In this document: one piece after another, positions 28,001-42,200 of the stretch
Position numbering within the stretch: position 1 is the stretch's first letter
How the letters are laid out: each line of letters opens with the position of its first letter
Assembly: GCF_009914755.1 (NCBI RefSeq)
Contig: NC_060934.1
DNA length: 64,000 nt
Source of the DNA: the human T2T-CHM13v2.0 reference genome, Homo sapiens
Direction: 5' to 3' (one strand)
Made by a program: the position numbers and the translations under genes
The notes under the pieces: generated by a model
Databases searched by the model: none
Seen by the model: only the letters and a program-made list of their open reading frames with translations
Told to the model about the DNA's origin: nothing

Positions 28001-30519
28001 CAAGAGTGAAATGGAATGGAATGGAATGGAATGATATGGAATGGAATAGAATGGAATGGAATCAACTCGAGTGGAAAGGAATGGAATGGAAAGGAATATA
28101 ATGGAAAGGAAACGAATGGAATGCAATGGAATGCAATGGTATGGAATGGAGGAAACCCGAGTGGAATGGAATGGAATGGAATGAAATGGAATGGAATGGA
28201 ATGGAATGGAATGGAATGGAATGGAATGAAATGGAACGGAATGGAATGAAATGGAATGGAATGGAATGAAATGGAATGGAGTGGAATGGTATAAATACCA
28301 GTGGAATGGAATGGAATGGAATGGAATGGATTGGAATGGAATGGAATGAACAGGAATGGAATGGAATGGAATGGAATGGAATGGACTCGAATAGAATGGA
28401 ATGGAATGAAATCAACCCGATTGGAATGGAATGGAATGCAATGGAATGGAATGGAATGGAATCAACTGGAAAGGAATGAAATGAAATGGAATGGAATGGA
28501 ATGGAATGGAAAGAATGGAATGGAATGGAATGGAAACAACCCGAGTGGAATGCAATGGAATGGAATGGAATGGAATGGAACAGAATCAACCCGAGTGGAA
28601 TGGAATGGAATGGAATGGAATGAAATCAACTCGAGTTGAATGGAATGGAATGGAATGGAATGGAATGGAATGGAATGGAATGGAATGGAACGGAATGGCA
28701 TGGAATGGAATTCAAAGTAATGGAAACAAACCGAGTGGAATGTAATGGAATGGAAAGGTCTGGAATGTAATGGAATGGATTGGAATCAACACGATTCCAA
28801 TGCAACGGAATGGAATGGAATGGAAACAACTGGAATGGAATGAAATGGAATGGAATGGAATGGAATCAACCCGAGTGGAATGGAATGGAATGGAATGGAA
28901 TGGAATAGAATGGAATGGAATCAACCCGAGTGGAAAGGAATGGAATGGAAAGGAAAAGAATGGAATGCAATGGAATGCAATGGTATGGAACGGAGTCATC
29001 CCGAGTGGAATGGAATGGAATGCAATGGAATGAAATGGAATGGAATGCAATGCAATGGAATGGAGTGGAATGGAATAAACACCAGTGGAATGGAATGGAA
29101 TGGAATGGATAGGGATGGAATGGAATGGAGTGCAATGAAATAAACCCGATTGGAATGGAATGGAATGGAATGGAATGGAATGGAATGGAGCTAACACGAG
29201 TAGAATGCAATGCAATGGAATAGAATGGAATGGAATGGAATGAAATCAATCCGAATGGAATGGATTGGAATAGAGTGGAATTGAGTGGAACGGCATGGAA
29301 TGCAATGAAATCAACTACAATGGAATGGAATGGAATGGAATGGACAGGAATGGAATGGAATGGAATGGTATGCAATGGAGAATAATGGACTAGAATGGAA
29401 TGGAATGGAATGAAATCAACCCGAGTGGAATGTAATGGAATGCAATGGAATGGAATGGAATCAACTGGTAAGGAATCAAATACAACGGAATGGAATGGAA
29501 TGGAATGGAATGGAATGGAATGGAATGGACTGGAATGGAATCAACCCGAGTGGAATGCAATGGAATTTAAGTGGAATGGAATGGAATGGAATGGAATCAA
29601 CCCGAGTGTAATGGATTGGAATGGAGTGGAAAGGAATGGAACGGCATGGAATGCAATGGAATCAACAAGAATGGAATGGAATGGAATGGATTGGAATGGA
29701 ATCGAACGGAATCAACCTGAGTGGAATGGAATGGAATGGAATGAATGGAATGGAATGGAATGGAATGGAAACTAATGGAATGGAATGGAAAGGAAACAAC
29801 TCGAGTGGAATGGAATGCAATGGAATGGAATGGAATGGAATGGAACTCAATGCAATGGAAACAAACCGAGTGGAATGTAATGGAATGGAAAGGACTGGAA
29901 TGCAATGGAATGGATTAGAATCAACCCGATTCCAATGCAACGGAATGGAATGTAATGGAATAGACAGGAAATTAATGGAATGGAATGGAATGGAATGGAA
30001 TGGAATGGAATGGAATGGAATGGAATAGAATGGAATGGAATACAATGGAATGGAATGGAATGGAATGAAATCAACCCGATTGGAATGGAATGGAATGCAA
30101 TGAAATGGAATGGAATCAACTGGAAAGGAATGAAATGAATGGAATGGATAGGAATGGAATGGAATGGAATTGAATGGGAAGTTATGGAATGGAATCAACC
30201 CGAGAAGAATGCAATGGAATGGAATGGAATGGAATGGAACGGAATGGAATGGAATGGAATGCAATGGAATGGAATGGAATGGAATTGAATGAAATGGAAT
30301 GGAATGGAATGGAATGAAATGGAATGGAATGGATTGAAATGGAATGGAGTGGAATGGTATAAACACCAGTTGAATGGAATGGAACGGAATGGATTGGAAT
30401 GGAATGGAATGGACAGGAACGGAATGAAATTGAATGGAACGGCATGGAATGGAATGGAATGGAATGGAATGGAATGGAACGGAATCAACCCGAGTGCAAT
30501 GGAATGGAATGGAATGGAA

Positions 30520-31490
30520 TGGAATGGACAGGAATGGAATGGAATGGAATGAAATCATCCCGATTGGAATGGAGTGGAATGCCATGGAATGGAATGGAAT
30601 CAACTGGAAAGGAATGAAATGGAATGTAATGGAATGTAATGGAATGGAATGGAATCAACCCGAGTGGAATGCAATGGAATGGAAAGGAATGGAATAGAAT
30701 CAACCCGAGTGGAATGGATTGGAATAGAGTGGAATGGAATGGAACGGCATGGAATGCAATGGAATCAACTAGAACGGAATGCAATGGAATGGAATGGAAT
30801 AAACAAGAGTGAAATGGAATGGAATGGAATGGAATGATATGGAATGGAATAGAATGGAATGAAATCAACTCGATTGGAAAGGAATGGAATGGAAAGGAAT
30901 GTAATGGAAAGGAAACAAATGGAATGCAATGTAATGCAATGGTATGGAATGGAGGAAACCCGAGTGGAATGGAATGGAATGGAATGGAATGGAATGGAAT
31001 GGACAGGAATGGCATGGAATGGAATGAAATCATCCCGATTGGAATGGAGTTGAATGCAATTGAATGGAATGGAATCAACTGGAAAGGAAAGAAATGGAAT
31101 GGAATGGAATGGAATGGAATGGAATGGAATGGAATGGAATCAACGCGAGTGGAATGCAAAGGAATGGAAAGGAATGGAATAGAATCAACACGGGTGGAAT
31201 GGATTGGAATGGAGTGGAATGGAATGGAACGGCATGGAATGCAATGGAATCAACTAGAACGGAATGCAATGGAATGGAATGGAATAAACAAGAGTGAAAT
31301 GGAATGGAATGGAATGGAATGATATGGAATGGAATAAAATGGAATGGAATCAACTCGAGTGGAAAGGAATGGAATGGAAAGGAATGGAATGGATAGGAAA
31401 CGAATGGAATGCAATGGAATGCAATGGTATGGAATGGAGGAAACCCGAGTGGAATGGAATGGAATGGAATGGAATGGAATGGAATGGAAT
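30520..31490 (+). repeat. ~480 bp tandem duplication, 2 diverged copies
   Basis: GGACAGG 30526/31001, AAACAAGAGTGAAAT 30801/31286, GGAGGAAACCCGAGT 30951/31436. Confidence 0.85.
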
Positions 31491-32335
31491 GGAATGCAAT
31501 GGAATGGAATGGAATGAAATGGAATGGAATGGAATGAAATGGAATGGAATGGAATGAAATGGAATGGAGTGGAATGGTATAAACACCAGTGGAATGGAGT
31601 GGAATGGAATGGAATGGATTGGAATGGAATGCAATGGACAGGAATGGAATGGAATGGAATGGAACATAATGGAATGGAATGGAATGGACTAGAATGGAAT
31701 GGAATGGAATGAAATCAACCCGATTGGAATGGAATGGAATGGAATGCAATGGAATGGAATGGAATGGAATGGAATGGAAAGGAATGGAATGGAATGGAAT
31801 GGAAACGACCAGAGTGGAATGCAATGGAATGGAATGGAATGGAATGGAATGGAATGGAACGGAATCAACCCAAGTGGAAAGGAATGGAATTGAATGGAAT
31901 CAACCCGAGTGGAAAGGAATGGAATGGAAAGGAATGGAATGGAAAGGAAAGGAATGGAATGCAATGGAATGCAATGGTATGGAATGGAGTCATCCCGAGT
32001 GGAATGGAATGGAATGCAATGAAATGAAATGGAATGGAATAGAATGCAATGGAATGGAGTGGAATGGAATAAACACCAGTGGAATGGAATGGAATGGAAT
32101 GGAATGCAATGGAATGGAATGGAATGGAATGGATAGGGATGGAATGGAATGGAATGCAATGGAGTGGAATGGAATGGAATGGATAGGGATGGAATGGAAT
32201 GGAATGGAATGGAGTGCAATGAAATAAACCCGATTGGAATGGAATGGAATGGAATGGAATGGAATGGAGCTAACCCGAGTAGAATGCAATGGAATGGAAT
32301 GGAATGGAATGGAATGGAATGGAATGGAATGAAAT

Positions 32336-35300
32336 CAACCCGATTGGAATGTAATGGAATGCAATGCAATGGAATGGAATCAACTGAAAAGGAATCAAAT
32401 GGAACGGAATGGAATGGAATGCAATGGAATCTACCCGAGTGGAATGCAATGGAATTTAAACGGAATGGAATGGAATGGAATGGAATCAACCCGAGTGGAA
32501 TGGATTGGAATGGAGTGGAATGGAATGGAACGGCATGGAATGCAATGGAATCAAATAGAATGGAATGGAATGGAATGGATTGGAATGGAATCGAACGGAA
32601 TCAACCTGAGTGGAATGGAATGGAATGGAATGAATGGAATGGAATGGAATGGAAACTAATGGAATGGAATGGAAAGGAAACAAATCGAGTGGAATGGAAT
32701 GCAATGGAATGGAATGGAATGAAATGGAATTCAATGTAATGGAAACAAACCGAGTGGAATGTAATGGAATGGAAAGGACTGGAATGTAATGGAATGGATT
32801 GGAATCAACCCGATTCCAATGCAACGGAAAGAAATGTAATGGAATAGACAGGAAATTAATGGAATGGAATGGAATGGAATGGAATGGAATAGAATGGAAT
32901 GGAATGAAATCAACCCGATTGGAATGAAATGGAATGCAATGAAATGGAATGGAATCAACTGGAAAGGAATGAAATGAATGGAATGGATTGGAATGGAATG
33001 GAATGGAATGGAATGGAATGGAATGGAATGTGAAGTTATGGAATGGAATCAACCAGAGTGGAATGCAATGGAATGGAACGGAATGGAATGGAATGGAATG
33101 GAATGGAATAGAATCAACCCGAGTGGAATGGAATGGAATGGAATGGAATGGAATCGAATTGAATGGAATGGAATGGAATCAACCCGAGTGGAATGGAATG
33201 GAATGGAATGGAATGCAATGGAATGGAATAGAACGGAATGGAATGGAATGGAATGGAATGGAATAGAATCAACCCGAGCGGAATGGAATGGAATGGAATG
33301 GAAAGGAATGGAATGGAATTGAATGGAATGGAATGGAATCAACCCGAGTGGAATGGAATGGAATGGAATGGAATGGAATGGAATGGAATGCAATGGAATG
33401 GAATGGACAGGAATGGAATGGAATGGAATGAAATCATCCCGATTGGAATGGAGTGGAATGAAATGGAATGGAATGTAATCAACTGGAAAGGAATGAAATG
33501 GAATGGAATGGAATGGAATGGAATGGAATGGAATCAACCGGAGTGGAATGCAATGGAATGGAAAGGAATGGAATGGAATAAACCCGAGTGGAATGGATTG
33601 GAATGGAGTGGAATGGAATGGAACGGCATGGAATGCAATGGAATCAACTAGAATGGAATGCAATGGAATGGAATGGAATAAACAAGAGTGAAATGGAAAG
33701 GAATGGAATGGAATGGAGTGGAATAGAATGGAATGCAATAAACTCGAGTGGAAAGGAATGGAATGGAAAGGAATGGAATGGAAAGGAAACGAATGGAATG
33801 CAATGGAATGCAATGGTATGGAATGGAGTCAACCAGAGTGGAATGGAATGGAAAGGAGTGGAACGAAATGGAATGGAATGGAATACAATGGAATGGAGTG
33901 GAATGGAATAAACACCAGTGGAATGGAATGCAATGGAATGGAGTGGAATGGTGTGGAATGGAATGAACCCGAGTGGAATGGAATGGAATGGAAAGGCACA
34001 GAATGGAATTGAATGGAATTCAATGGAATCAACCTGAGTGGAATGGAATGGAATGGAATGGAAACAACACGAGTGGAATTGAATGGAGTGGAATGCAATG
34101 GAATGGAATGGAGTGGAAGGCAATAGAATCAACTGCAATGGAATGGAATGGAATGGAATGGAATGGAATGGCATGGAATGGAATCAACCCCAGTGGAATG
34201 CAATGCATTACAATGGAATGGAAAGGAATCAATCCGGGTGGAATGGTATGGAATGGAATGGAATATAATGGAAAGGAATGGAATCAATCCGCTTGGAATG
34301 GAATGGAATGGAATGGAATGGAATCAACCCGAATGGAACGGAAGGGAATGGAGTCGAAAGGAATCGAAAGGAATGGAATGCAAAGGAATCAACCCGAATG
34401 GACAGGAATGGAGTGGAATGGAATCGAATGGAGTGGAAAGGAATGGAATCAACCCGAGTGGAATGCAATGGAATTTAAATGGAATGGAATGGAATGGAAT
34501 AGAATCAACCCGAGTGGAATGGATTGGAATGGAGTGGAATGGAATGGAATGGCATGGAAAGCAATGGAATCAACAAGAATGGAATGGAATGGAATGGACT
34601 GGAATGCAATCGAACGGAATCAACCTGAGTGGAATGGAATGGAATGGAATGAATGGAATGGAATGGAATGGAAACTAATGGAATGGAATGGAAAGGAAAC
34701 AACTCGAGTGGAATGGAATGCAATGGAATGGAATGGAATGGAATGGAATGGAATTCAATGCAATGGAAACAAACCGAGTGGAATGTAATGGAATGGAAAG
34801 CACTGGAATGTAATGGAATGGATTGGAATCAACCCGATTCCAATGCAACGGAATGGAATGTAATGGAATAGACAGGAAATTAATGGAATGGAATGGAATG
34901 GAATGGAATGGAATAGAATGGAATGGACTACAATGGAATGGAATGGAATGAAATCAACCCGATTGGAATGGAATGGAATGCTCTGAAATGCAATGGAATC
35001 AACTGGAAAGGAATGAAATGAATGGAATGGATTGAAATGGAATGGAATGGAATGGGAAGTTATGGAATGGAATCAACCCGAGAAGAATGCAATGGAATGG
35101 AATGGAATGGTATGGAATGGAATGGAATAGAATCAACCCGAGTGGAATGGAATGGCATGGAATGGAAGGGAATGGAATTGAATGGAATGGAATGGAATCA
35201 ACCCGAGTGCAATGGAATGGAATGGAATGGAATGGAATGGAATGGAATGGAATGGAATGGAATGGAATGGACAGGAATGGAATGGAATGGAATGGCACGG

Positions 35301-38300
35301 AATGCAATGGAATCAACTAGAATGGAATGCAAGGAATGGAATGGAATAAACAAGAGTGAAATGGAATGGAATGGAATGGAATGATATGGAATGGAATATA
35401 ATGGAATGGAATCAACTCGAGTGGAAAGGAATGGAATGGAAAGGAATGTAATGGAAAGGAAACGAATGGAGTGCAATGGAATGCAATGGTATGGAATGGA
35501 GGAAACCCGAGTGGAATGAAATGGAATGGAATGGAATGGAATGAAATGGAATGGAATGGAATGAAATGGAATGGAGTGGAATGGTATAAACACCAGTGGA
35601 ATGGAATGGAATGGAATTGAATGGATTGGAATGGAATGGAATGGACAGGAATGGAATGGAATGGAATGGAATGGAATGGAATGGAATGGAATGGAATGGA
35701 ATGAAATCAACCCGATTGGAATGGAATGGAATGCAATGGAATGGAATGGAATGGAATCAACTGGAAAGGAATGAAATGGAATGGAATGGAATGGAATGGA
35801 ATGGAAAGGAATGGAATGGAATGGAATGGAAACAACCCGAATGGAATGCAATGGAATGGAATGGAATGGAATGGAACGGAATCAACCCGAGTGGAATGGA
35901 ATGGAATGGAATGGAATGGAATGGAATGGAATGGAATGAAATCAACACGAGTTGAATGGAATGGAATGGAATGGCATGGAATGGAATTCAATGTAATGGA
36001 AACAAACCGAGTGGAGTGTAATGGAATGGAAAGGTCTGGAATGTAATGGAATGGATTGGAATCAACACGATTTCAATGCAACAGAATGGAATGGAATGGA
36101 ATGGAATGCAAGGGAATGGAATGCAATGGAAAGGAATGGAATGAACTGGAATGGAATGGAATGGAATGGAATTTAATGGAATGGAATGGAATGGAATCAA
36201 CGCGAGTGGAGTCGAATGGAATTGAAAGAAAATCAATAGAATGGAATGGAATGCAATGGTATGGAATAGAATGAACCCGAGTGGAATGGAATGGAATGGA
36301 AAGGCACGGAATATAATGGAATGGAATGCAATGGAATCAACCTGAGTGGAATGGAATGGAATGGAAACAACCAGAGTGGAATTGAATGGAGTGGAATGCA
36401 ATGGAATGGAATAGAGTGGAAGGCATTAGAATCAACTGCAATGGAATGGAATGGAATGGAATGGAATGGAATGGAATGGAATGGAATGGAATGGAATCAA
36501 CCCGATTGGAATGTAATGGAATGCAATGCAATGGAATGGAATCAACTGAAAAGGAATCAAATGGAACGGAATGGAATGGAATGCAATGGAATCTACCCGA
36601 GTGGAATGCAATGGAATTTAAACGGAATGGAATGGAATGGAATGGAATCAACCCGAGTGGAATGGATTGGAATGGAGTGGAATGGAATGGAACGGCATGG
36701 AATGCAATGGAATCAAATAGAATGGAATGGAATGGAATGGATTGGAATGGAATCGAACGGAATCACCTGAGTGGAATGGAATGGAATGGAATGAATGGAA
36801 TGGAATGGAATGGAAACTAATGGAATGGAATTGAAAGGAAACAAATCGAGTGGAATGGAATGCAATGGAATGGAATGGAATGAAATGGAATTCAATGTAA
36901 TGGAAACAAACCGAGTGGAATGTAATGGAATGGAAAGGACTGGAATGTAATGGAATGGATTGGAATCAACCCGATTCCAATGCAACGGAAAGGAATGTAA
37001 TGGAATAGACAGGAAATTAATGGAATGGAATGGAATGGAATGGAATGGAATGGAATAGAATGGAATGGAATGAAATCAACCCGATTGGAATGAAATGGAA
37101 TGCAATGAAATGGAATGGAATCAACTGGAAAGGAATGAAATGAATGGAATGGATTGGAATGGAATGGAATGGAATGGAATGGAATGGAATGTGAAGTTAT
37201 GGAATGGAATCAACCAGAGTGGAATGCAATGGAATGGAACGGAATGGAATGGAATGGAATGGAATGGAATAGAATCAACCCGAGTGGAATGGAATGGAAT
37301 GGAATGGAATGGAATCGAATTGAATGGAATGGAATGGAATCAACCCGAGTGGAATGGAATGGAATGGAATGGAATGGAATGGAATGGAATGCAATGGAAT
37401 GGAATAGAACGGAATGGAATGGAATGGAATGGAATGGAATGGAATAGAATCAACCCGAGCGGAATGGAATGGAATGGAATGGAAAGGAATGGAATGGAAT
37501 TGAATGGAATGGAATGGAATCAACCCGAGTGGAATGGAATGGAATGGAATGGAATGGAATGGAATGGAATGGAATGCAATGGAATGGAATGGACAGGAAT
37601 GGAATGGAATGGAATGAAATCATCCCGATTGGAATGGAGTGGAATGAAATGGAATGGAATGTAATCAACTGGAAAGGAATGAAATGGAATGGAATGGAAT
37701 GGAATGGAATGGAATGGAATGGAATCAACCGGAGTGGAATGCAATGGAATGGAAAGGAATGGAATGGAATAAACCCGAGTGGAATGGATTGGAATGGAGT
37801 GGAATGGAATGGAACGGCATGGAATGCAATGGAATCAACTAGAATGGAATGCAATGGAATGGAATGGAATAAACAAGAGTGAAATGGAAAGGAATGGAAT
37901 GGAATGGAGTGGAATAGAATGGAATGCAATAAACTCGAGTGGAAAGGAATGGAATGGAAAGGAATGGAATGGAAAGGAAACGAATGGAATGCAATGGAAT
38001 GCAATGGTATGGAATGGAGTCAACCAGAGTGGAATGGAATGGAAAGGAGTGGAATGAAATGGAATGGAATGGAATACAATGGAATGGAGTGGAATGGAAT
38101 AAACACCAGTGGAATGGAATGCAATGGAATGGAGTGGAATGGTGTGGAATGGAATGAACCCGAGTGGAATGGAATGGAATGGAAAGGCACAGAATGGAAT
38201 GGAATGGAATTCAATGGAATCAACCTGAGTGGAATGGAATGGAATGGAATGGAAACAACACGAGTGGAATTGAATGGAGTGGAATGCAATGGAATGGAAT

Positions 38301-40676
38301 GGAGTGGAAGGCAATAGAATCAACTGCAATGGAATGGAATGGAATGGAATGGAATGGAATGGAATGGCATGGAATGGAATCAACCCCAGTGGAATGCAAT
38401 GCATTACAATGGAATGGAAAGGAATCAATCCGGGTGGAATGGTATGGAATGGAATGGAATATAATGGAAAGGAATGGAATCAATCCGCTTGGAATGGAAT
38501 GGAATGGAATGGAATGGAATCAACCCGAATGGAACGGAAGGGAATGGAGTCGAAAGGAATCGAAAGGAATGGAATGCAAAGGAATCAACCCGAATGGACA
38601 GGAATGGAGTGGAATGGAATCGAATGGAGTGGAAAGGAATGGAATCAACCCGAGTGGAATGCAATGGAATTTAAATGGAATGGAATGGAATGGAATAGAA
38701 TCAACCCGAGTGGAATGGATTGGAATGGAGTGGAATGGAATGGAATGGCATGGAAAGCAATGGAATCAACATGAATGGAATGGAATGGAATGGACTGGAA
38801 TGGAATCGAACGGAATCAACCTGAGTGGAATGGAATGGAATGGAATGAATGGAATGGAATGGAATGGAAACTAATGGAATGGAATGGAAAGGAAACAACT
38901 CGAGTGGAATGGAATGCAATGGAATGGAATGGAATGGAATTCAATGCAATGGAAACAAACCGAGTGGAATGTAATGGAATGGAAAGCACTGGAATGTAAT
39001 GGAATGGATTGGAATCAACCCGATTCCAATGCAACGGAATGGAATGTAATGGAATAGACAGGAAATTAATGGAATGGAATGGAATGGAATGGAATGGAAT
39101 AGAATGGAATGGACTACAATGGAATGGAATGGAATGAAATCAACCCGATTGGAATGGAATGGAATGCTCTGAAATGCAATGGAATCAACTGGAAAGGAAT
39201 GAAATGAATGGAATGGATTGGAATGGAATGGAATGGAATGGGAAGTTATGGAATGGAATCAACCCGAGAAGAATGCAATGGAATGGAATGGAATGGTATG
39301 GAATGGAATGGAATAGAATCAACCCGAGTGGAATGGAATGGCATGGAATGGAAGGGAATGGAATTGAATGGAATGGAATGGAATCAACCCGAGTGCAATG
39401 GAATGGAATGGAATGGAATGGAATGGACAGGAATGGAATGGAATGGAATGGCACGGAATGCAATGGAATCAACTAGAATGGAATGCAATGGAATGGAATG
39501 GAATAAACAAGAGTGAAATGGAATGGAATGGAATGGAATGATATGGAATGGAATATAATGGAATGGAATCAACTCGAGTGGAAAGGAATGGAATGGAAAG
39601 GAATGTAATGGAAAGGAAACGAATGGAGTGCAATGGAATGCAATGGTATGGAATGGAGGAAACCCGAGTGGAATGAAATGGAATGGAATGGAATGGAATG
39701 AAATGGAATGGAATGGAATGAAATGGAATAGAGTGGAATGGTATAAACACCAGTGGAATGGAATGGAATGGAATTGAATGGATTGGAATGGAATGGAATG
39801 GACAGGAATGGAATGGAATGGAATGGAATGGAATGGAATGGAATGGAATGGAATGGAATGAAATCAACCCGATTGGAATGGAATGGAATGCAATGGAATG
39901 GAATGGAATGGAATCAACTGGAAAGGATTGAAATGGAATGGAATGGAATGGAATGGAATGGAATGGAATGGAATGGAATGGAAAGGAATGGAATGGAATG
40001 GAACGGAAACAACCCGAATGGAATGCAATGGAATGGAATGGAATGGAATGGAATGGAACGGAATCAACCCGAGTGGAATGGAATGGAATGGAATGGAATG
40101 GAATGGAATGGAATGGAATGAAATCAACACGAGTTGAATGGAATGGAATGGAATGGCATGGAATGGAATTCAATGTAATGGAAACAAACCGAGTGGAGTG
40201 TAATGGAATGGAAAGGTCTGGAATGTAATGGAATGGATTGGAATCAACACGATTTCAATGCAACAGAATTGAATGGAATGGAATGGAATGCAAGGGAATG
40301 GAATGCAATGGAAAGGAATGGAATGAACTGGAATGGAATGGAATGGAATGGAATTTAATGGAATGGAATGGAATGGAATCAACGCGAGTGGAGTCGAATG
40401 GAATTGAAAGAAAATCAATAGAATGGAATGGAATGCAATGGAATGGAATAGAATGAACCCGAGTGGAATGGAATGGAATGGAAAGGCACGGAATATAATG
40501 GAATGGAATGCAATGGAATCAACCTGAGTGGAATGGAATGGAATGGAAACAACCAGAGTGGAATTGAATGGAGTGGAATGCAATGGAATGGAATGGAGTG
40601 GAAGGCATTAGAATCAACTGCAATGGAATGGAATGGAATGGAATGGAATGGAATGGAATGGAATGGAATGGAATGG
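32336..40676 (+). repeat. Tandem duplication of a ~4.16-4.19 kb unit, 2 copies (32336-36497, 36498-~40676)
   Basis: Shared markers CTACCCGAGT 32431/36593, GTGAAGTTAT 33030/37191, CAACCCGAGCGG 33270/37451, AAAGCACTGG 34797/38983, GCTCTGAAATGC 34980/39166. ORF offsets 33588/37779 and 35988/40170. Confidence 0.94.
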
Positions 40677-42200
40677 CATGGAATGGAATCAACCCCAGTG
40701 AAATGCAATGCATTACAATGGAATGGAAAGGAATCAATCCGGGTGGAATGGTATGGAATGGAATGGAATATAATGGAATGGAATGGAATCAATACGCTTG
40801 GAATGGAATGGAATGGAATGGAATGGAATGGAATGGAATGGAATCAACCTGAATGGAACAGAAGGGAATGGAGTCGAAATGAATCGAAAGGAATGGAATG
40901 CAAAGGAATCAACCGGAATGGACAGGAATGGAATGGAATGGAATGGAATGGAATGGAATGGAATGGAATGGAATGGAATGCTACGGAATCTACCTGAGTG
41001 GAATGGAATCAACCACAGTGGAATTGAAAGGAATGGAATGGAATGGAATTGAATAGAATGGAATCAACCACAGTGGAATTGAATGGAATGGAATGGAATG
41101 GAATCAACCAAAGTGGAATGGAATTGAATGGAATGCAAAGGAATCAAACCGAGTGCAATGGAATGGAATAAACCAAAGTGGAATGGAATGGAATGGATGC
41201 AACGGAATCAAACCAGTAGAATGGAAAGGAAAAGAATGGAATGGAATGGCATGGAATGGAAAGGAATGGAATGGAATCAACCTGACTGGCATGGAATGGA
41301 ATGGAAAGGAATGGAGTGGAATGGAATGGAATGGAATGGAAACAGCCCGAGTGGAAAAGAATGGAATGGAATGGAAGGCAATGGAATGGAGTGGAATGGA
41401 ACGGAATCAGCCCGTGAGGAATGGAATGGAATGAAATTGAACGGAATGGAATGGAATCAACGAGAGTGGAACGGAATGGAATGGAATGGATTGGAACGGA
41501 ATGGAAGGCAGTGGAAACAGCAGGAACGGAATTTAACTAAATGGAATGGAATGGAACGGAATCAACCTGTGTGGAATGGAATGGAATGGAAAGCAATGGA
41601 ATGGAGTGGAATGGAATGGAATGGAATGGAATGGAATGGAATGGAACGGAATGGAATGAAATGGAATGTAATGGAAATTAATGGAATGGAATGGAAACAA
41701 CCCGAATGGAATGGAATGCAATGGAATGGAATGGAATGGAATGGAATGGAATGGAATGGAATGGAATTCATCGGAATGGAAATAACCCGAGTGAAATGGC
41801 ATGGAATGGAAAGGACTTGAATGTAATGGAATGGATTGGAATCAATCCGATTAGAAAGCAATGGAATGGAAAGGAAATGAATGGAATGGAATGGAATGGA
41901 ATGGAATGGAATGGAATGGAATGGAATGGAAGGGAATGGAATAGAATGGAATGGAAAGGAAAGGAATGGAATGGAATGGAAGGGAATGGAATGGAATGCA
42001 ATCAACTGGAAGGGAATTGAATGGAATGGAACAACAAGAAGTGGCATGGAATGGAATCGATTGGAATGGAATGGAATCAACTGGAATGCTATGGAATGAA
42101 ATCAACCCGAGTGGAAAGGAATGTAATGGAATGGAATGGAAAGAAATGTAATGGAATGGAATGGAATGGAATGGAACCAACTGGAATGGAATGAAATGGA
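40321..42200 (+). repeat. Block paralogous to ~58621-60550 (dispersed copy, offset ~18.3-18.4 kb)
   Basis: GGAAGGCAGTGGAAACAGCAGGAACGGAATTTA at 41503/59918 and CAACAAGAAGTGGCATGG near 42032/60423. CAGCCCG variants and the surrounding motif order are shared. Confidence 0.85.

Larger units (their letters stand above)
23450..29760 (+). repeat. Older, more diverged duplication with ~3.55-3.67 kb offset (~23.45-26.1 kb vs ~27.0-29.75 kb)
   Basis: Parallel ORF starts at 23936/27490, 25101/28770 and 25261/28915. Shared GGTATGGAACGGAGTCATCC, GCTAACACGAGTAG and GGTATGCAATGG motifs occur in the same order. Confidence 0.8.

Noticed and set aside
23450-29760. ~3.6 kb offset suggesting the Yq12 DYZ1 repeat
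   Set aside because: It is a single diverged duplication with a drifting offset. The window has no sustained 3.56-kb periodicity, so the similar size is probably coincidental.
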